DNA from: an uncultured Eubacteriales bacterium
Lineage (GTDB): Bacteria > Acidobacteriota > Aminicenantia > Aminicenantales > Aminicenantaceae
Reading direction: 5' to 3'
Length of the DNA stretch: 64,000 nt
NCBI GenBank assembly: GCA_964406575.1
Contig: CAYOSH010000018.1
Span: 817-64,816 of the forward strand
Part shown: positions 36,076 through 44,654 of the stretch, piece by piece
Position numbering within the stretch: the stretch's first letter is position 1
Layout: each line of letters begins with the position of its first letter
Program-made: the position numbers and the translations under genes
The notes under the pieces: model-generated
What the model was told of the DNA's origin: nothing
The model's database searches: none
The model's input: the letters and a program-made list of their open reading frames with translations, nothing else

Positions 36076-37419
36076 ATGAATAAGCGGATTATTCCCCGTG
36101 TATTTTTTATTTTCCTGATTTTAATTCTTTTGCTTCAATCCTATACTTTTGCGCAGAGAACTGGCTACACCAAAGAGGAATTCATGCGCCGCCGGGCCGC
36201 CCTTATGGAAGAGGTTTCGGACGGAATTATTGTACTCTTCGGGGATGCCACCTCACAATCCGGAGCCCATTTCCGCCAGGACAACGACTTTTACTACTTT
36301 TGTGGCCGGGAGGATGTAAACGCCATTTTGATTATGATCCCGCGGATGAAGCAGACCATATTGTTTTTGCCCCAGACATCGGAACGCGAAGATATGTTCC
36401 ATGGGATAAATTTGTTGAAAGATCCGGATGCTAAGGAAAAAACCGGCCTTTCCTCCATTCAATCGCTGGATCTTTTTGATGAATATCTTGCACGTTGGTC
36501 TGGAAGAATGGACAATAAACTTCACGTCCGCCTTTCACCCAGGGATACGGTCGACATGGCTCGCTATGAATATAAACTTTTTCAGGCTCGAAAAAACAGA
36601 ATTTTTTATAACGATCAGATTTCACTGGATAATTACCGGGTGAATAAACTCGAAGAACGTTACCCATTCTGTGAATTTAAGGATGTTACTCCTTTTATCG
36701 ATGCGATGAGGGTGATCAAAAGCCCGGAGGAAATAGAGGTGTTAAGACGAAACGGCAAGCTTTCAGCAGAAGCGGTCAAACAGGCGATGCTTGCCGGAAA
36801 ACCGGGAGTCTATGAATACGAGATCGAAGCAGCGGCGATGGCCGTTATATTGAGACACGGAGCAAGACGTTTTGCCTATCCGCCTATAGTTGGATCAGGA
36901 CCGAACTCCTGTATTCTCCATTATGCAGAGAATTCCCGGAAGGTTGAAGATGGCGATATCATCCTCATGGATTTTGGAGGAGATCTGGATTACATGTGCA
37001 TGGACATCAGCCGGACCTGGCCGGCCATGGGAAAGTTCACGGATGAACAAAGAGAGGTTTACACCATTGCTTTAGAAGTCCAAAAAGCTTCGATCGAAGC
37101 CTATCGTCCCGGCGTAACAGCTGCAGATGTGCAAAAGTATGTGGCTAAAAAGATGAAAGAAATGGGAATAAATACAAGAGGCCAGAGAGGTGGGATTGGC
37201 CACGGTGTGGGGATGGCCACGCATGATGTGGGCCCCATGAGCCTTCTACGGGAGGGGATGGTATTTGCTATAGAGCCGGGCCTGTATTACCCGGAGAAGA
37301 ACCTAGGTGTCAGAATCGAAGACACGGTCTTGATCACCAAGGACGGCTGCGAAGTCCTCAGCAAAGACGTCCCCAAAGAGATCGCCGATGTCGAGAAACT
37401 TCTTGCCTCCCGTAAATAA
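36076..37419 (+). CDS. Xaa-Pro aminopeptidase family (M24B) with signal peptide
   Basis: 447 aa. Aminopeptidase-P N-domain plus a pita-bread domain (DFGGDLDYMCMDISRTW, HGVGMATHDVG, EPGLY, IEDTVLIT). N-terminal FFIFLILILLLQSYTFA. Confidence 0.9.
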   Translation: MNKRIIPRVFFIFLILILLLQSYTFAQRTGYTKEEFMRRRAALMEEVSDGIIVLFGDATSQSGAHFRQDNDFYYFCGREDVNAILIMIPRMKQTILFLPQTSEREDMFHGINLLKDPDAKEKTGLSSIQSLDLFDEYLARWSGRMDNKLHVRLSPRDTVDMARYEYKLFQARKNRIFYNDQISLDNYRVNKLEERYPFCEFKDVTPFIDAMRVIKSPEEIEVLRRNGKLSAEAVKQAMLAGKPGVYEYEIEAAAMAVILRHGARRFAYPPIVGSGPNSCILHYAENSRKVEDGDIILMDFGGDLDYMCMDISRTWPAMGKFTDEQREVYTIALEVQKASIEAYRPGVTAADVQKYVAKKMKEMGINTRGQRGGIGHGVGMATHDVGPMSLLREGMVFAIEPGLYYPEKNLGVRIEDTVLITKDGCEVLSKDVPKEIADVEKLLASRK

Positions 37420-37429
37420 AAAGGGAAAT

Positions 37430-37451
37430 AAAAGGGGACTGTCCCCTTTTT
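37430..37451. terminator. bidirectional terminator-like hairpin AAAAGGGGACTGTCCCCTTTTT
   Basis: Perfect GGGGA/TCCCC stem extended by A:T pairs. It lies between the convergent M24B gene and the PIN remnant. Confidence 0.5.
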
Positions 37452-37465
37452 CCAGGGGTAAACAG

Positions 37466-37488
37466 AAAAGGGGACTGTCACCTTTTTT
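37466..37488. repeat. AAAAGGGGACTGTCACCTTTTTT repeat, copy 1
   Basis: 23 nt identical to 43755-43777. It carries the same single stem-disrupting A relative to the perfect hairpin at 37430. Confidence 0.6.
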
Positions 37489-37690
37489 CTGAATTGTATT
37501 CACTAATGTAGAGGATTCCAGGTAGCTCTTTTATTTTCCGATAGAGCTTTTTATCTGCAGTGATCAGATGGCAACCTGCTATCTGAGCAAAACCCACATA
37601 AGAGGAATCATAGACAGTCATGCTAAATTTTCTCGTTAGCATTACAGCATGATTCACGATCTGGAGATTGACCGGCAATAAAATTTCCAT
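37478..37690 (-). pseudogene. C-terminal half of a PIN-domain (VapC-like) toxin, remnant
   Basis: VYDSSYVGFAQIAGCHLITADKKLYRKI matches the distal YDaxYlalA...lvTxD block of PIN domains. There are only 70 codons. The 59 nt upstream leave no room for the N-terminal half or an antitoxin. Confidence 0.5.
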
Positions 37691-37749
37691 GTCATAGTGA
37701 GTGGAAAGAGATCTATAAAAAATCGAAAAATTCGTAAAATTTGTTGCTC

Positions 37750-38889
37750 TCAGTAATATCCTGTTTCCTCTGCAGCCTCAGCCAAGGTCTGTGTGTTCTC
37801 CCTCTTTGTGTATGGTGCGATGGAGCATGCGGTGCTGAGGATATAGCCGCCTCCGGATTTGCCGACCTCGATCCTGTGTGCAGCATCCCTTTTCACAGTT
37901 TCAACGCTTCCTTGAAGCAAAACATTGATGGGATCGATATTTCCTTTGATAAAGATTTTTTCTCCCACGCGTTCTTTGGCATCTTCCAGCCGGACGTTGC
38001 CGATGGGAGGTGAATCCAAACATTCAATACCCGAAACTCCCGATTCCGCCATCATCTCCAACCGGTCGTTGATCGCTCCACATGTATGAATATAAACATG
38101 TGTGCCCACAGAGCGAACCGCGCTCGCTATCTGGCTCTCAAACGGCTGAACGAATTTTCGGTAAAATTCCGGGGATATAAAACCCGCACCTGCATAAGGC
38201 GAGGATATCTTCACGGCATCAACTCCTATCTCTGTCTGGTCAAGGGCGATCTTTGTGACTCCTCGAGTATATCTCTGCAGGATTTCAATGGATTTCAGAG
38301 GTTCTTCGATGAGATACATCATTGCATTTTTTACACCGAAGAGATGGAGGAAGTAATCGAATGGCGATGTGACCTCTCCATGTATGGAGAAACGATTGCT
38401 CACCTTCTCCTTTATAAGATGAAAAATATCATAGCCATGGTGTGGGTCGATAGGAAAGTCCAAGCCTTGAGAGACCGGGATAAAATCGATATTTTCAGTA
38501 ATGTTATCGGGGTTGACATTTTCTATTAGCGGTCTGCGAACGATGTTAGCTGAGTAGTGCCTCGGGAGATCATCCGGAGGGAATGCGGTTCGGTCGCCAT
38601 TTTTCCAGGTGATGACTTCCTGCTTCTTTTCCTTTTCGATCTTGAGGATCTGCTGCATCCATTGGCTCGAATGCCCATGAAGGCTGATGAGGATGCCGTC
38701 GAAAAGGTAGATCTCTCTAAGCTTGAGGAGCGCTTCCGCAAAAACATCTTTAGAGAACCAAAGTTCAAGGGGGCGGGAGCCCGTTTGGAGGAGCATGTGT
38801 CCGATGCTCATCTGACACATGACGGGCACACGATCCGGCTCCTCAATGTTCATGGCCTTGGCCATGCGTTCTTTGGAATTCATCATCAT
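37750..38889 (-). CDS. uroporphyrinogen decarboxylase (URO-D) family protein, MtaA/CmuA-like
   Basis: 379 aa. SKERMAKAMNIEEPDRVPVM at the N-terminus and ..IHTCG.. are typical of URO-D-like methyltransferases/decarboxylases. Confidence 0.85.
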   Translation of the reverse strand: MMMNSKERMAKAMNIEEPDRVPVMCQMSIGHMLLQTGSRPLELWFSKDVFAEALLKLREIYLFDGILISLHGHSSQWMQQILKIEKEKKQEVITWKNGDRTAFPPDDLPRHYSANIVRRPLIENVNPDNITENIDFIPVSQGLDFPIDPHHGYDIFHLIKEKVSNRFSIHGEVTSPFDYFLHLFGVKNAMMYLIEEPLKSIEILQRYTRGVTKIALDQTEIGVDAVKISSPYAGAGFISPEFYRKFVQPFESQIASAVRSVGTHVYIHTCGAINDRLEMMAESGVSGIECLDSPPIGNVRLEDAKERVGEKIFIKGNIDPINVLLQGSVETVKRDAAHRIEVGKSGGGYILSTACSIAPYTKRENTQTLAEAAEETGYY

Positions 38890-39068
38890 TCTTTGGAACT
38901 CATCATCATATTAGGAATAATGCGAATCACCGAGCAAGTCAAGCAAAAAAAGGTTTGCAGCTGTTTCCAAAAAATATATGTGATTTTTGACTTCAGTCAA
39001 TTCTTTCTGCGAGAGATCTAGTTATAATTAAGACATAAAATTCAGATGACCAATCATTTGGAGGAAAA

Positions 39069-40310
39069 ATGAGTGAATTACTCAATAACGCGAAAAAAAG
39101 AAAAGAACTTCTCAAACACATGATCCTTCAGTTGCATGAAGGCAAAGCCCCTGATGAAGTCAGAACTCAGTTGATCCGCCTTCTTGGGAAAGTTCCCTAT
39201 AACGATGTGGTTGAGGTGGAGCAAGAATTGATTTCCGAAGGCCTGCCTCAGGAAGAAGTATTGAAATTGTGTGATATTCACACCGCTGCCTTGGATGGTG
39301 CGATCGACCATACGGGTGCAAAAATTGCGCCTCCCGGACATCCCGTACATACTTTTCAAGAGGAAAACCGTGCCCTGCGGAAAGAAATCCAATCCTTGAA
39401 ACGCCTCTACAATGATGTCGCAGACTCACATAAAGAAAAAGGACTCAACTCTTACCTTGATGAAATTCACCGCCATTTTAATGCGCTGATGGATGTGGAA
39501 AAACATTATTTGCGTAAAGAATATCTCCTTTTCCCGTTCTTGGAAAAACATAACATCACGGGACCGCCGACAGTCATGTGGGGGAAACACGACAAAACCC
39601 GAGAACTGTTGAAAGGCGCATTGGAAGCTCTGGGTGCGGTCGGTGAGATCACGCAAGATGAAGCAAAAGCAGTTATCAACCTCGTGCTCCAGCCAGCCTC
39701 CAGGGCTGTCGACGATATGATCGACAAAGAAGAGGAAATTTTATTCCCGATGTGTATGGATACTTTGAATGATAATGAATGGTATGAGATCGCGAAACAG
39801 AGTATCGAATATGGTTTTTGTCTCTATGACCCAAAAGACACATGGAAGCCAGAGGGAGTAGAGACGGAGGAGGATGGAATTGCGGGAAAGGGAATAATCC
39901 AGCTCCCGAGCGGGAGACTTTCGGTGTCTGAACTTACCGCCGTCTTGAACACGATTCCTTTTGATGTGACTTTTGTGGATAAGGACGACAGAGTTCAGTA
40001 TTTTACACAGGCGAAAGAACGGATATTTGCCCGTAGCCGTGCAATTTTGGGGCGGAAAGTACAGCAATGCCATCCGCCTTCCAGCGTTCACATCGTCGAG
40101 AAGATCCTCGACGATTTCAAATCCGGCAGCCAGGACCATGCTGCGTTCTGGATCAACGTTGGAGAGAGATTCATCCACATCGAGTACTTTGCTCTGCACG
40201 ATGATGAAGGGATATACCTCGGAACGCTTGAAGTCAGTCAGGATTTGACAGAGAAAAGAAAATTGGAAGGAGAACAGAGACTCCTTCAGTATGCCAAGGA
40301 AGGCTCATAA
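39069..40310 (+). CDS. DUF438 protein with hemerythrin-like and PAS-like regions
   Basis: 413 aa. The N-terminal RKELLKHMILQLHEGKAPDEVRTQLIRLLGKVPYNDVVEVEQELISEG matches DUF438. H..E-rich helical middle region. C-terminal FVDKDDRVQYF..R....GRKVQQCHPP is PAS-like. RBS GGAGGA. Confidence 0.85.
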   Translation: MSELLNNAKKRKELLKHMILQLHEGKAPDEVRTQLIRLLGKVPYNDVVEVEQELISEGLPQEEVLKLCDIHTAALDGAIDHTGAKIAPPGHPVHTFQEENRALRKEIQSLKRLYNDVADSHKEKGLNSYLDEIHRHFNALMDVEKHYLRKEYLLFPFLEKHNITGPPTVMWGKHDKTRELLKGALEALGAVGEITQDEAKAVINLVLQPASRAVDDMIDKEEEILFPMCMDTLNDNEWYEIAKQSIEYGFCLYDPKDTWKPEGVETEEDGIAGKGIIQLPSGRLSVSELTAVLNTIPFDVTFVDKDDRVQYFTQAKERIFARSRAILGRKVQQCHPPSSVHIVEKILDDFKSGSQDHAAFWINVGERFIHIEYFALHDDEGIYLGTLEVSQDLTEKRKLEGEQRLLQYAKEGS

Positions 40311-40311
40311 A

Positions 40312-40458
40312 ATGAGCACATCCCATACAGATTTTCAGATCACACCAGAAACCAAAGTTGGAGCTTTTCTGGATCAATCCCCCCATCTTGAGGACATCTT
40401 AGTGAGAATGGCTCCCACTTTTAAAAAACTGCGGCACCAGACCCGACATCCCGCTTGA
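40312..40458 (+). CDS. DUF1858-like small ORF, apparently truncated (48 codons; below the track cutoff)
   Basis: ATG 2 nt after the DUF438 stop. ITPETKVGAFLDQSPHLEDILVRMAPTFKKLR resembles the first two thirds of DUF1858, the usual DUF438 partner. After KKLR the expected NPxxR continuation is replaced by HQTRHPA-stop. Confidence 0.4.
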   Translation: MSTSHTDFQITPETKVGAFLDQSPHLEDILVRMAPTFKKLRHQTRHPA

Positions 40459-40527
40459 CTCGAGTAATAACCAAGTTCATGATAGGATTATGAGAAATGG
40501 AGCCAGAGAGAGGAGGAGGATGTAAAA

Positions 40528-41334
40528 ATGAACTTATCGAAAAAAATAAAAAAAAGTGCAGGGGGTCTTTTCGTTCTTTTTATCGTTGCTATTGTTGTAG
40601 CGTGTAAGACAGATGCTAAGGGCGAGCTTTTGGATATGACTTATGTCTATGATGAAAGCACCATCTACTGGCCGACCGCTAAAGGATTTGAGCTGAAAAA
40701 GATCGCCTGGGAGGTTGGAGAATCCGGATATTGGTATGCCTCCAATGAGTACAGTGCCTCCGAACATGGGGGCACGCACGCAGATGCACCCATTCATTTT
40801 GCGGAAAATGGACGCACAATGGACCAAATCCCCCTTGAGGAATGGATCGGGCCCGCAGTCAAGATCGATGTCACCGGGAAATGTACAAATAATCGGGATT
40901 ATCTGTTATCTGTGGAGGACATCATAGGCTGGGAGGATCTCCACGGAAAGATACCGGATGGAGCGTGGGTGATTATGTACACGGGTATCGATACCAAATA
41001 TTATCCGGACAAGTTAAAAGTTCTTGGAACCGAAAAAACAGGAGAAGCAGCATTGCCCGAGTTGAGTTTTCCCGGATTTTCACCTGAGTCTGTAGAATTT
41101 TTGATAAACAAGACGAATTTTACCGGCATCGCCATCGACACGCCCAGCATCGATTTCGGCAAGTCCAAGGATTTTAAAGTCCATCAGGTCTTGTTTGCTG
41201 CTGATAAACTGGCTTTAGAGAACATTGCCAATTTGGATGAGCTGCCTGTTGAGGGGGCGACTCTTTATGTAATCCCCATGCTCATAAAAGACGGGACAGG
41301 TGCGCCCGCTCGAGTGTTTGCGGTTCTTCCTTAG
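40528..41334 (+). CDS. putative cyclase / kynurenine formamidase-like protein, lipoprotein signal
   Basis: SEHGGTHADAPIHF is the metal-binding motif of the PF04199 cyclase family. Lipobox IVVAC. Strong RBS AGGAGGAGGA. Confidence 0.85.
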   Translation: MNLSKKIKKSAGGLFVLFIVAIVVACKTDAKGELLDMTYVYDESTIYWPTAKGFELKKIAWEVGESGYWYASNEYSASEHGGTHADAPIHFAENGRTMDQIPLEEWIGPAVKIDVTGKCTNNRDYLLSVEDIIGWEDLHGKIPDGAWVIMYTGIDTKYYPDKLKVLGTEKTGEAALPELSFPGFSPESVEFLINKTNFTGIAIDTPSIDFGKSKDFKVHQVLFAADKLALENIANLDELPVEGATLYVIPMLIKDGTGAPARVFAVLP

Positions 41335-41390
41335 TATGTTCTGATAGTGTCTTTTATTCAAATTATTTCCTATCTGGTCTTTTATTGAAT

Positions 41391-41549
41391 ACTCCGTTCG
41401 AGGAACAAATCCTCCATCGGTCAGCTCGGGGAGCTGACCCTACATCGTTAAAGTGAGCCCGAAAATTCAGAAACCATTTCCCAAGCGATCGCTCAGAATC
41501 GTTGTTTTGCTGAGAATGCAGGGCCCGTTCCCCGAACGACCCGTTTAGG
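41391..41549. repeat. cluster of REP-like elements in mixed orientation
   Basis: The reverse complement of 41419-41443 reads GTAGGGTCAGCTCCCCGAGCTGACC (perfect stem). The reverse complement of 41469-41486 is the TTGGGAAATGGTTTC tail module. 41518-41549 is a degenerate forward copy, GCAGGGCCCGTTCCCCGAACGACCCGTTTAGG. 41391-41415 is a degenerate variant. Confidence 0.55.
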
Positions 41550-41595
41550 TAAAGATCCCAAGATTTTATAAAAACTGGGTCTTTTTTTTCCGAGA

Positions 41596-42078
41596 TTACC
41601 TGATAGACGTTACCAGCCAAAGCAAGAATATGATGATCCCCACGAGGACCCAACTTCCTCCAAATCCAATGATGTCCATTCGGGTCGGCTTTTCGATCTC
41701 CCAATTCGAGTTGGGAAAGCACATGTGTTTTTTGAAACGATCTGGATCCTGGAATGATCTTTTGAGTTCTTTTTCTTCTTCCTCGGGAGTCTTTTGGACG
41801 GGAGTGTGCAGTTTTGCATAAAACCTATCCAGATGTTCCTTGCGCGCCGGTTTGGTCACAAAAGAAACAAGAAAGAGAAGCACAAAGGGGAACAGTGCAT
41901 CGAAGAAGAATCGGGTGGCCACCAGTTGGGCTTTGCTGAAGCCCAAAAAATCGATGCCAAACCAGCTGAGCATCCAGAGCTCTGCATGAAATCTCCCCAA
42001 ACCGATTTTGGCTGAATCTGGATCCGCAGGATCTGTTCTGGCGACCCTGTCGAAGAAGATTCCGGTCGGCGGGATCAC
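41596..42078 (-). CDS. membrane protein translationally coupled to the SSF transporter (possible detached C-terminal module)
   Basis: 160 aa with about 3 TM helices. The GTG start overlaps the upstream stop (GTGA). Confidence 0.6.
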   Translation of the reverse strand: MIPPTGIFFDRVARTDPADPDSAKIGLGRFHAELWMLSWFGIDFLGFSKAQLVATRFFFDALFPFVLLFLVSFVTKPARKEHLDRFYAKLHTPVQKTPEEEEKELKRSFQDPDRFKKHMCFPNSNWEIEKPTRMDIIGFGGSWVLVGIIIFLLWLVTSIR

Positions 42079-43703
42079 ATGCTGTTTCTCGATCCTTTGG
42101 CCCAGACGGTTGGCTCTACCGTTTTCACATCCTCTATCAAGGCGCTTGTAGTTATCGTTACAGTTTTCGCTGTTGTTTCCATCAAAAAGGCATCTTTGGT
42201 TTTAGCCCAGTCCAGTGCCGTGAAAATGTTCGGGATGAGAGCGTAGATGAGGAGACAAAGTGCGACCTGGACGACAACAGCCCATTTGGTGAGCCTGCGC
42301 CACATGAATCCCAGCCAGATCGAAGCCCCAAAAATTGCCGGAATGGAGATGATATACTTGAATAGCTCCAGGAGGTTATTGATAAAGAGCGCCACGCCGA
42401 TCCCTCCGAGGAGGGTTACGGCGATAACGATTCGTCCGATGATCAAATAGTGTTTTTCTGATTTTTTGGGCCGATACGGTGCATAGAGATTGTTGATGAA
42501 TAGAGCCGAATAGGACACAGCGCTGGCGTCCAGTGTGGACATGTTGGCCGCGAGAATTCCGACGAGCATCAACCCGATGGCTCCAGGAATGAGAAGGTCT
42601 TTGGTCATAAATCCCCAGATGAGGTCCGGATCATGGAGCAGTCCGGCATAGAGGCCGATGGCGATGAGTCCTGCGAGGGCCCAAAAGATCATGATGAAAC
42701 GTTTGAAGAACATCCCGACGATTATGCCGAACCGAGCGGTCATCTCGTCTCTGGCCGAGCCGGCCGTTTGCATCCCTGGTGCAACGGCAATGATCGAGAC
42801 AAGGTTGGCCAGCACCATGGCCAATATTGTGTACCAGGCGTATTCACTCATGGTGACCGACCCGAACAGCTCAAACATATAATCCGGCACTGTTGCATGA
42901 AGGCCGGTGAATCCGCCAATTTTGGATAGACCAAGGGGAATGAGAATAAGGGAGAAAATGATAATAAACACCCCCTGGATGATATCTGTGATGGCTGCGG
43001 CACGAAATCCACCCATCATGGTGTAGATGCCGACGATGATGGCGTAGATGAAGTAAAAAAGGACGGGATTGGTGTAAGAAATGAATGAATGGAGTTCGCC
43101 CCGTTTGTTTTTTTCGTCCAACTCTCGATATTTTGCATCTTCTTCATCACTCAGCCCTGTATCCAATCGGGATTTGAGCGCCTGATATTCTCTGAACTGT
43201 TCCACACTGATGCGTTCTTTGTAAGTCATTTGTTCTGAGGGCTTGGGCGTCATGGCCATCATGGTTTTTGCAGCCACCATGTAACCAACACCTCCGCCCA
43301 GGATAGACATCAGAAGGGTGAAGATGGCATAACTCGCACCCAATGACTTGCAGTTGAATCGCTCGGTAAAGTAATCCCCGATGGTCGTCAGGCGAATGCG
43401 GCGGAAGAAAAATGTGGAGAACCAATAAAATGGCGTGAGAAAAAGGACAAGGAATTGGATCCACATACCGCCGATACCCTGGCGGTAGATCTCCCGCGAA
43501 ACAGCGACAGCTTGGTCTGCGTTTGTGGAACAGCCAAAATTCAGGAAGAACTGGGTGGTTTTCCCCAACTTGCGGCCGGCGAGAAAAAAATCGCCGGTGT
43601 CTTTTGTCTTCCGTCCGGCCCATCGACCGAGCCACAAGATGATACCGATATAGAGGATGATGATCGCCGCATCCAGAATGTGCAGTCCCCATATGTGCAT
43701 CAC
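42075..43703 (-). CDS. sodium:solute symporter family transporter
   Basis: 542 aa, about 13 TM helices. N-terminal ..GRKTKDTGDFFLAGRKLG.. is the SSF motif. Confidence 0.9.
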   Translation of the reverse strand: MMHIWGLHILDAAIIILYIGIILWLGRWAGRKTKDTGDFFLAGRKLGKTTQFFLNFGCSTNADQAVAVSREIYRQGIGGMWIQFLVLFLTPFYWFSTFFFRRIRLTTIGDYFTERFNCKSLGASYAIFTLLMSILGGGVGYMVAAKTMMAMTPKPSEQMTYKERISVEQFREYQALKSRLDTGLSDEEDAKYRELDEKNKRGELHSFISYTNPVLFYFIYAIIVGIYTMMGGFRAAAITDIIQGVFIIIFSLILIPLGLSKIGGFTGLHATVPDYMFELFGSVTMSEYAWYTILAMVLANLVSIIAVAPGMQTAGSARDEMTARFGIIVGMFFKRFIMIFWALAGLIAIGLYAGLLHDPDLIWGFMTKDLLIPGAIGLMLVGILAANMSTLDASAVSYSALFINNLYAPYRPKKSEKHYLIIGRIVIAVTLLGGIGVALFINNLLELFKYIISIPAIFGASIWLGFMWRRLTKWAVVVQVALCLLIYALIPNIFTALDWAKTKDAFLMETTAKTVTITTSALIEDVKTVEPTVWAKGSRNSM

Positions 43704-43753
43704 GAGCCTTTCCCGTCTTTAGTTTTTACAGAGCAGACTCCGGAATGTCAATT

Positions 43754-43777
43754 AAAAAGGGGACTGTCACCTTTTTT
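43754..43777. repeat. AAAAAGGGGACTGTCACCTTTTTT repeat, copy 2
   Basis: The core is identical to 37466-37488. Here it lies between divergently transcribed genes (SSF and aldolase), where no terminator is expected. Confidence 0.6.
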
Positions 43778-43856
43778 GTCCTCATTTGCTTGGTTTTTGG
43801 GTGCAGGTATTATATAAATACTTTCTGCTCCTGCAATTGCAATATATTAGGAGGAC

Positions 43857-44609
43857 ATGTTGAAACATTCATTTAAACGGAGACTCAAACAGGGGGATCT
43901 TCTCATCGGCACGTTCATGACTTTGCCCTCGCCTGAGATCGCAGAGATAATCGCCGAGGTCGGGTTTGACTGGCTTTTTGTGGACATGGAGCACACAACC
44001 CTCGATGTGAAAGATGTTCAACGCATACTCCAGGCAGTGGAAGGTAAATGTGCCTGTATCGTCCGTGTTCCCAACAAAGACGAGGCATGGCTGAAAAAAG
44101 TGCTCGATGCAGGTGCGGATGGTGTCATCGTCCCTCACGTCAACACTGCGGATGAGGTGCGATCCATCGTTCGGACATGTCTGTATCCTCCAGAGGGCTC
44201 GCGAAGTGTGGGACTCTCACGCGCGCAAAAATACGGCCTTCGATTCGATGAATACGTACAAAAGGCCAATCGGAATATTGCCATCATTCCTCAGGTCGAA
44301 CACATCGAGGGCGTGCAAAACATCGAAGAGATCGTAAAGGTCCCGGGGATATCAGCCATATTTATCGGCCCTTACGATCTTTCCGGGAGTTTGGGAAAAC
44401 TCGGAGAGACCAAAGACCCAGAAGTCCAAAAATGTATAGCAAAAATCAAGGATGTCTGTTCAGAAGCCGGATTGCCTGTGGGTATTTTTGGCATGGATGC
44501 GGATTCTGTGTCTCCATACATAAAGAAGGGCTACACATTGATCACTGCTGGCATGGATATCCTTTTTCTCGGGGAATCGGCAAAAAAAAGTCTCCAAAAA
44601 CTTCGATAG
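43857..44609 (+). CDS. HpcH/HpaI family aldolase (2-keto-3-deoxy sugar-acid aldolase type)
   Basis: 250 aa. ..GFDWLFVDMEHT.., ..VRVP.., ..GADGVIVPHV.. and ..IPQVEHIEGV..FIGPYDLS match the HpcH/HpaI pattern. Confidence 0.88.
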   Translation: MLKHSFKRRLKQGDLLIGTFMTLPSPEIAEIIAEVGFDWLFVDMEHTTLDVKDVQRILQAVEGKCACIVRVPNKDEAWLKKVLDAGADGVIVPHVNTADEVRSIVRTCLYPPEGSRSVGLSRAQKYGLRFDEYVQKANRNIAIIPQVEHIEGVQNIEEIVKVPGISAIFIGPYDLSGSLGKLGETKDPEVQKCIAKIKDVCSEAGLPVGIFGMDADSVSPYIKKGYTLITAGMDILFLGESAKKSLQKLR

Positions 44610-44654
44610 CCCGTGCGTTTGCTCCTCTTACTGTTGAGGATTGTTCAAAATTGA

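Noticed and set aside
41363-41722. 119-aa ORF (also 49256-49525 and 53321-53725)
   Set aside because: These are read-through of REP-like repeats and the ends of neighbouring genes. The only 'conserved' peptide segments are translations of the repeat.
43147-43692. 181-aa same-strand alternative frame inside the SSF gene
   Set aside because: The product is Arg/His/Pro-rich and low-complexity. The overlapping frame encodes a canonical multi-TM SSF transporter.
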